Positions 60,849 through 64,000 of a stretch of 64,000 nucleotides of DNA are shown here, piece by piece. Source of the stretch: a virus. The notes under the pieces were generated by a model. The model saw only the letters and a list, made by a program, of their open reading frames with translations. It was not told the DNA's origin and did not search any database. The stretch lies in the IMG/VR virus record IMGVR_UViG_3300037089_000506; one strand, given 5' to 3'. Each line of letters opens with the position of its first letter. The first letter of the stretch is position 1. Both the position numbers and the translations under genes were made by a program.

Positions 60849-60945
60849 ATAAAAATACTATGTAAAAATAAAGGGAGGGTTAAACACCCTCCTTTTTTAT
60901 TTGTATTGGTTAGAAACTCTGGAAGGTGGAAACCACTAATTATCT

Positions 60946-61689
60946 ATGAACAATAAGTCATATAAGTTAGGGAAAACCTGTTCTATTTGTGGAAAGCAAA
61001 TAATAGATAGTAATAAAGGTGGAAAGTGTTCTCTCCATAGAGATCGAACAGGAAAAAATAATCCTTTCTATGGTAAGCATCATGATAAGAAAACTATTGA
61101 AGCTACAAAAATAAAATTAAAAGAAATATCTAAAGATTTATGGAAAGATAAGGGGTATAGGGAAAAAGTAATAAAAGCTATCTCTAAACCTCGAAGAGAG
61201 GGTTTTAAAAAAGAGCAAAGTGAAAGAATAACTCAATGGTATAGAGATAACCCAGAGCAGTTAGATATAAGAAGAGAGGCTATGAAAGAATCTTGGAAGT
61301 CTGGGAGTATTTCCTATAATGAGCATTCTTCTTACAATAGCAGTAAAATAGAAAAATCTCTATTATATGATATACAACAATTTTGTTCAGAAGCACAAGA
61401 ACACTATACTATTAAAACTACTGAAAAATGGTATTTACCAGATATCTACATTGAAAGTAAAAAAATAATAATAGAATTATATGGTGAATATTGGCACGCT
61501 CACTCTGATCGTTACCAAGAAGAAGATGTTGTTCACCATAATGTAAAGGCTAAAGATATTTGGAGCAAAGATAAAATAAGAGAAAAGGTCTTGACAGAAC
61601 TAGGGTATACTGTTATTATTATATGGAGTGAGAAATATAAAAAGGATAAAGAAAATACTTTGTCCTATATTAGGAGTTTATTATGTTAG
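60946..61689 (+). mobile_element. NUMOD3 + Vsr/DUF559-like homing endonuclease
   Basis: NPFYGKHH, YLPDIYI...IELYGEYWH; overlaps the rtcB start. Confidence 0.75.
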
Positions 61690-62822
61690 AAATTCGTGGA
61701 AAATACAATTCTGCTATCATTTATAATGATAATGTGGAACAGTCAGCTTTATCTCAAATTTATGCTCTTCTAAATAATGAGGTTTCTATTGGAAGTAAAA
61801 TTCGTATTATGCCAGATGTTCATGCAGGAGCAGGGTGTGTCATAGGGTATACTGCAACTCTTACAAATAAAATAATAGTAAATTTAATAGGTGTTGATAT
61901 TGGGTGTGGAATCACTTCTATATGTATAGGAAAAAAGGATATAGATTTCCAGAAACTTGATGACATCATTCATACCTATGTACCTTCAGGTCACAATGTA
62001 CATACTTCTCAATCTGGTGGTGAATGGATTCAAAAAGATTTTAAGAAATCTTCCATCTATGATGATGTCAGAAAAATATGTGAGAAGCAAGATCAGGATT
62101 TTAATCGAGTTATGGCTTCACTAGGATCGAGTGGGGGAGGCAACCATTTTTGTGAGGTAGATAAGGATCAAGATGGCCTACTCTGGCTTACTGTTCATTC
62201 AGGCTCTCGTAACTTTGGTTTGAAGATTGCCAATTACTGGCAATCTATAGCGAAGGCTAAAACTCATGGTACTGAAGGTACCATGAATGGGTTGGAGTAT
62301 TTAAAGGATGAGGACTATCAAGGATACTTGACAGATATGATGATAGCTCAAATTTATGCTCATAAGAATCGAGAGTATATATTACAGCAGATTCAAGAGA
62401 AGATGGATTTAGTCTATGGTGATGGTCGTTCTGTTGAGTCTGTCCATAACTATATTGATCTTGACCATGAAATTATCCGTAAGGGAGCAATATCAGCTAT
62501 GCTAAATGAGCCTGTGATTATTCCTTGGAATATGCGAGATGGATTGATTATAGGCACGGGAAAGGGCAATCCAGACTGGAATTTCAGTGCTCCTCATGGT
62601 GCTGGTCGTATCATGGGTAGGCAGGTAGCAAAGAAATCATTACAATTATCTGACTTTGAGGATTCAATGAAGGGAATATGGACTTCATGCGTTTCTAAGG
62701 ATACTATTGATGAATCCCCAATGGCTTATAAGCCTTATGAGGAAATACAGGATTTGATAGGGGATACTGTAGATATAAAGTATACTTTAAAGCCTGTATA
62801 TAGCTTCAAGGCGAATGAATAA
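61683..62822 (+). CDS. rtcB: RtcB RNA ligase
   Basis: MPDVHAG, GVDIGCG, GGGNHF, HSGSR, HNY, PHGAGR, DESPMAYK. Confidence 0.95.
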   Translation: MLEIRGKYNSAIIYNDNVEQSALSQIYALLNNEVSIGSKIRIMPDVHAGAGCVIGYTATLTNKIIVNLIGVDIGCGITSICIGKKDIDFQKLDDIIHTYVPSGHNVHTSQSGGEWIQKDFKKSSIYDDVRKICEKQDQDFNRVMASLGSSGGGNHFCEVDKDQDGLLWLTVHSGSRNFGLKIANYWQSIAKAKTHGTEGTMNGLEYLKDEDYQGYLTDMMIAQIYAHKNREYILQQIQEKMDLVYGDGRSVESVHNYIDLDHEIIRKGAISAMLNEPVIIPWNMRDGLIIGTGKGNPDWNFSAPHGAGRIMGRQVAKKSLQLSDFEDSMKGIWTSCVSKDTIDESPMAYKPYEEIQDLIGDTVDIKYTLKPVYSFKANE

Positions 62823-63399
62823 GGAGTTGAATATGACTGTTAAAGACAAAGAACTATTTATTAATAATTTCCTCAATAGCATGAGGAACACATTCCTTAG
62901 TGAAATAGAAAAGTTCCCTGAGGAATGGGATGGAATAGAACTACGTGCATACATAGCAGGGGCATTCAAGTATGAAAATAGCTATTCTATGGGCAGGAAA
63001 AGAAAAGCTAACTATAATAATGAGCGGTATGTAAGGAATTTGAAATACTAAAGGAGAATACTATGACGTTAAAAGAAAGAAAGGAAAATTTTATTCAAAA
63101 TATGAACCTTTCTGAATTAGAGGATGATTGTGATTGTATCATCATAAAGAGGAGTTCTTATTTAGGATTTCCTAAAAAGCTCTATTTAGAGGCTATGAGT
63201 GAACTTAGAGCTACTTTAGCGATAGATAATGAATCACCTTTAGCTAACCTCGTGGTGTATCTACTAGAAGAAGCAATGATTACTGGATATAAAAAATCTG
63301 ATTTTAAAAAATAATAAAAATAATGCTTGACATAATAATAAAAGAGTAGTATATTCTAATTAAGAGAGGTTGACAACCTAAACAGTCAAAGGAGCTAAT

Positions 63400-64000
63400 A
63401 TGAATACGACAATTCACATTCCGATGCACACCAGGACGGACAAGAGCGCCCACATGGATGCTTTCTTCCCCGTTGAAACCCAGAAGTATATCAGAGAAGA
63501 TGGTACTGATGATGGTCTCCGTGCTATCGTCAATATGAACACGAAGGACACCCTGGGCAGGATTTCCGAGGGTTACAAAGTCGTTACCCACAAAGAAGTT
63601 AGCGACACTATCCAGAACCTCTTCACCGACATTGGCATCAAGTTCACCTCTGATCCCAAGGATATTCGGGTTGGAACCAAGGGAGCCCGTTTCTTCCAGA
63701 CAATCTACTTCCCCGACCTGTCTTTCAACCCTGCGAAGAACCTTGGAATTCCTTCCACCGCTCTTGACATTGGTGGTCACAATTTCCTCGATGAGGAAGT
63801 TTTGGTTCCCTTCGTCAAGGCCCGGAACTCCTACAACAAGACGGAACGCCTCGGATTTGGGTACGGATGCGCTCGCCTCCGCTGCACCAATGGCATGGCT
63901 CTTCTCGTTTCCGAGACTTCCCTGTTCTATCGCCACAATCAGGAATTCTACCTTGAGAAAATCAAGAATGTTCTCTTCGAGCGAATCCAAGAGAACAGTT
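63400..64000 (+). CDS. DUF932/DUF945-like protein (partial, runs off window)
   Basis: GGAG RBS plus ATG 63400; RNSYN...G..R..CTNG motif; open to the window end. Confidence 0.65.
   Translation, partial: MNTTIHIPMHTRTDKSAHMDAFFPVETQKYIREDGTDDGLRAIVNMNTKDTLGRISEGYKVVTHKEVSDTIQNLFTDIGIKFTSDPKDIRVGTKGARFFQTIYFPDLSFNPAKNLGIPSTALDIGGHNFLDEEVLVPFVKARNSYNKTERLGFGYGCARLRCTNGMALLVSETSLFYRHNQEFYLEKIKNVLFERIQENS

Noticed and set aside
63304-63990. 228 aa minus-strand ORF and other antisense ORFs (e.g. 59648-60007, 1902-2105, 23420-23641)
   Set aside because: Shadows of real genes or tRNAs on the opposite strand; the true gene at the window end is the plus-strand ORF from 63400.
1-64000. Stop-codon recoding (code 15 or 4), suggested by the CUA tRNA
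   Set aside because: Genes are full length and densely packed in code 11; TAG and TGA terminate genes, and in the TAG cases I checked readthrough does not fuse neighbours in frame.

Overview
AT-rich segment of a large (jumbo-type) tailed dsDNA phage genome in the standard genetic code. Layout: 1-6.2 kb (minus) replication genes (DnaB-like helicase, DnaC-like loader, SNF2-type helicase, a lone C-terminal half of a family A DNA polymerase). 6.4-52.8 kb (plus) is a long accessory region with ~30 tRNA/tRNA-like genes, several freestanding homing endonucleases, nucleotide and RNA-repair enzymes, an R-M-like pair and many small ORFs. 52.8-59.3 kb (minus) holds three mosaic paralogues and the large terminase. 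59.4-64 kb (plus) holds a scaffold-like protein, RtcB and a partial DUF932-like gene. The strongest signal is at RNA level. Four tRNAs (Leu-UAA, Arg-UCU, Lys-UUU, Asn-GUU) carry related 27-29 nt hairpin inserts in the anticodon loop. Exact removal of each insert needs a staggered cut with a 2-nt 3' overhang (RNase III geometry), and all four have a UUU/AGA element at bp 8-10 from the cut. The window also encodes an ATP-dependent RNA ligase and RtcB, which suggests a phage tRNA-splicing system (inference). Also seen: a ~630 nt closed, pseudoknotted ncRNA; a 122 nt tmRNA-like RNA with no recognisable tag frame; two circularly permuted (YrlA-like) tRNA mimics; an amber (CUA) tRNA in a non-recoded genome; and several other structured intergenic RNAs. 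All family assignments come from motif recognition by eye; no searches were run.
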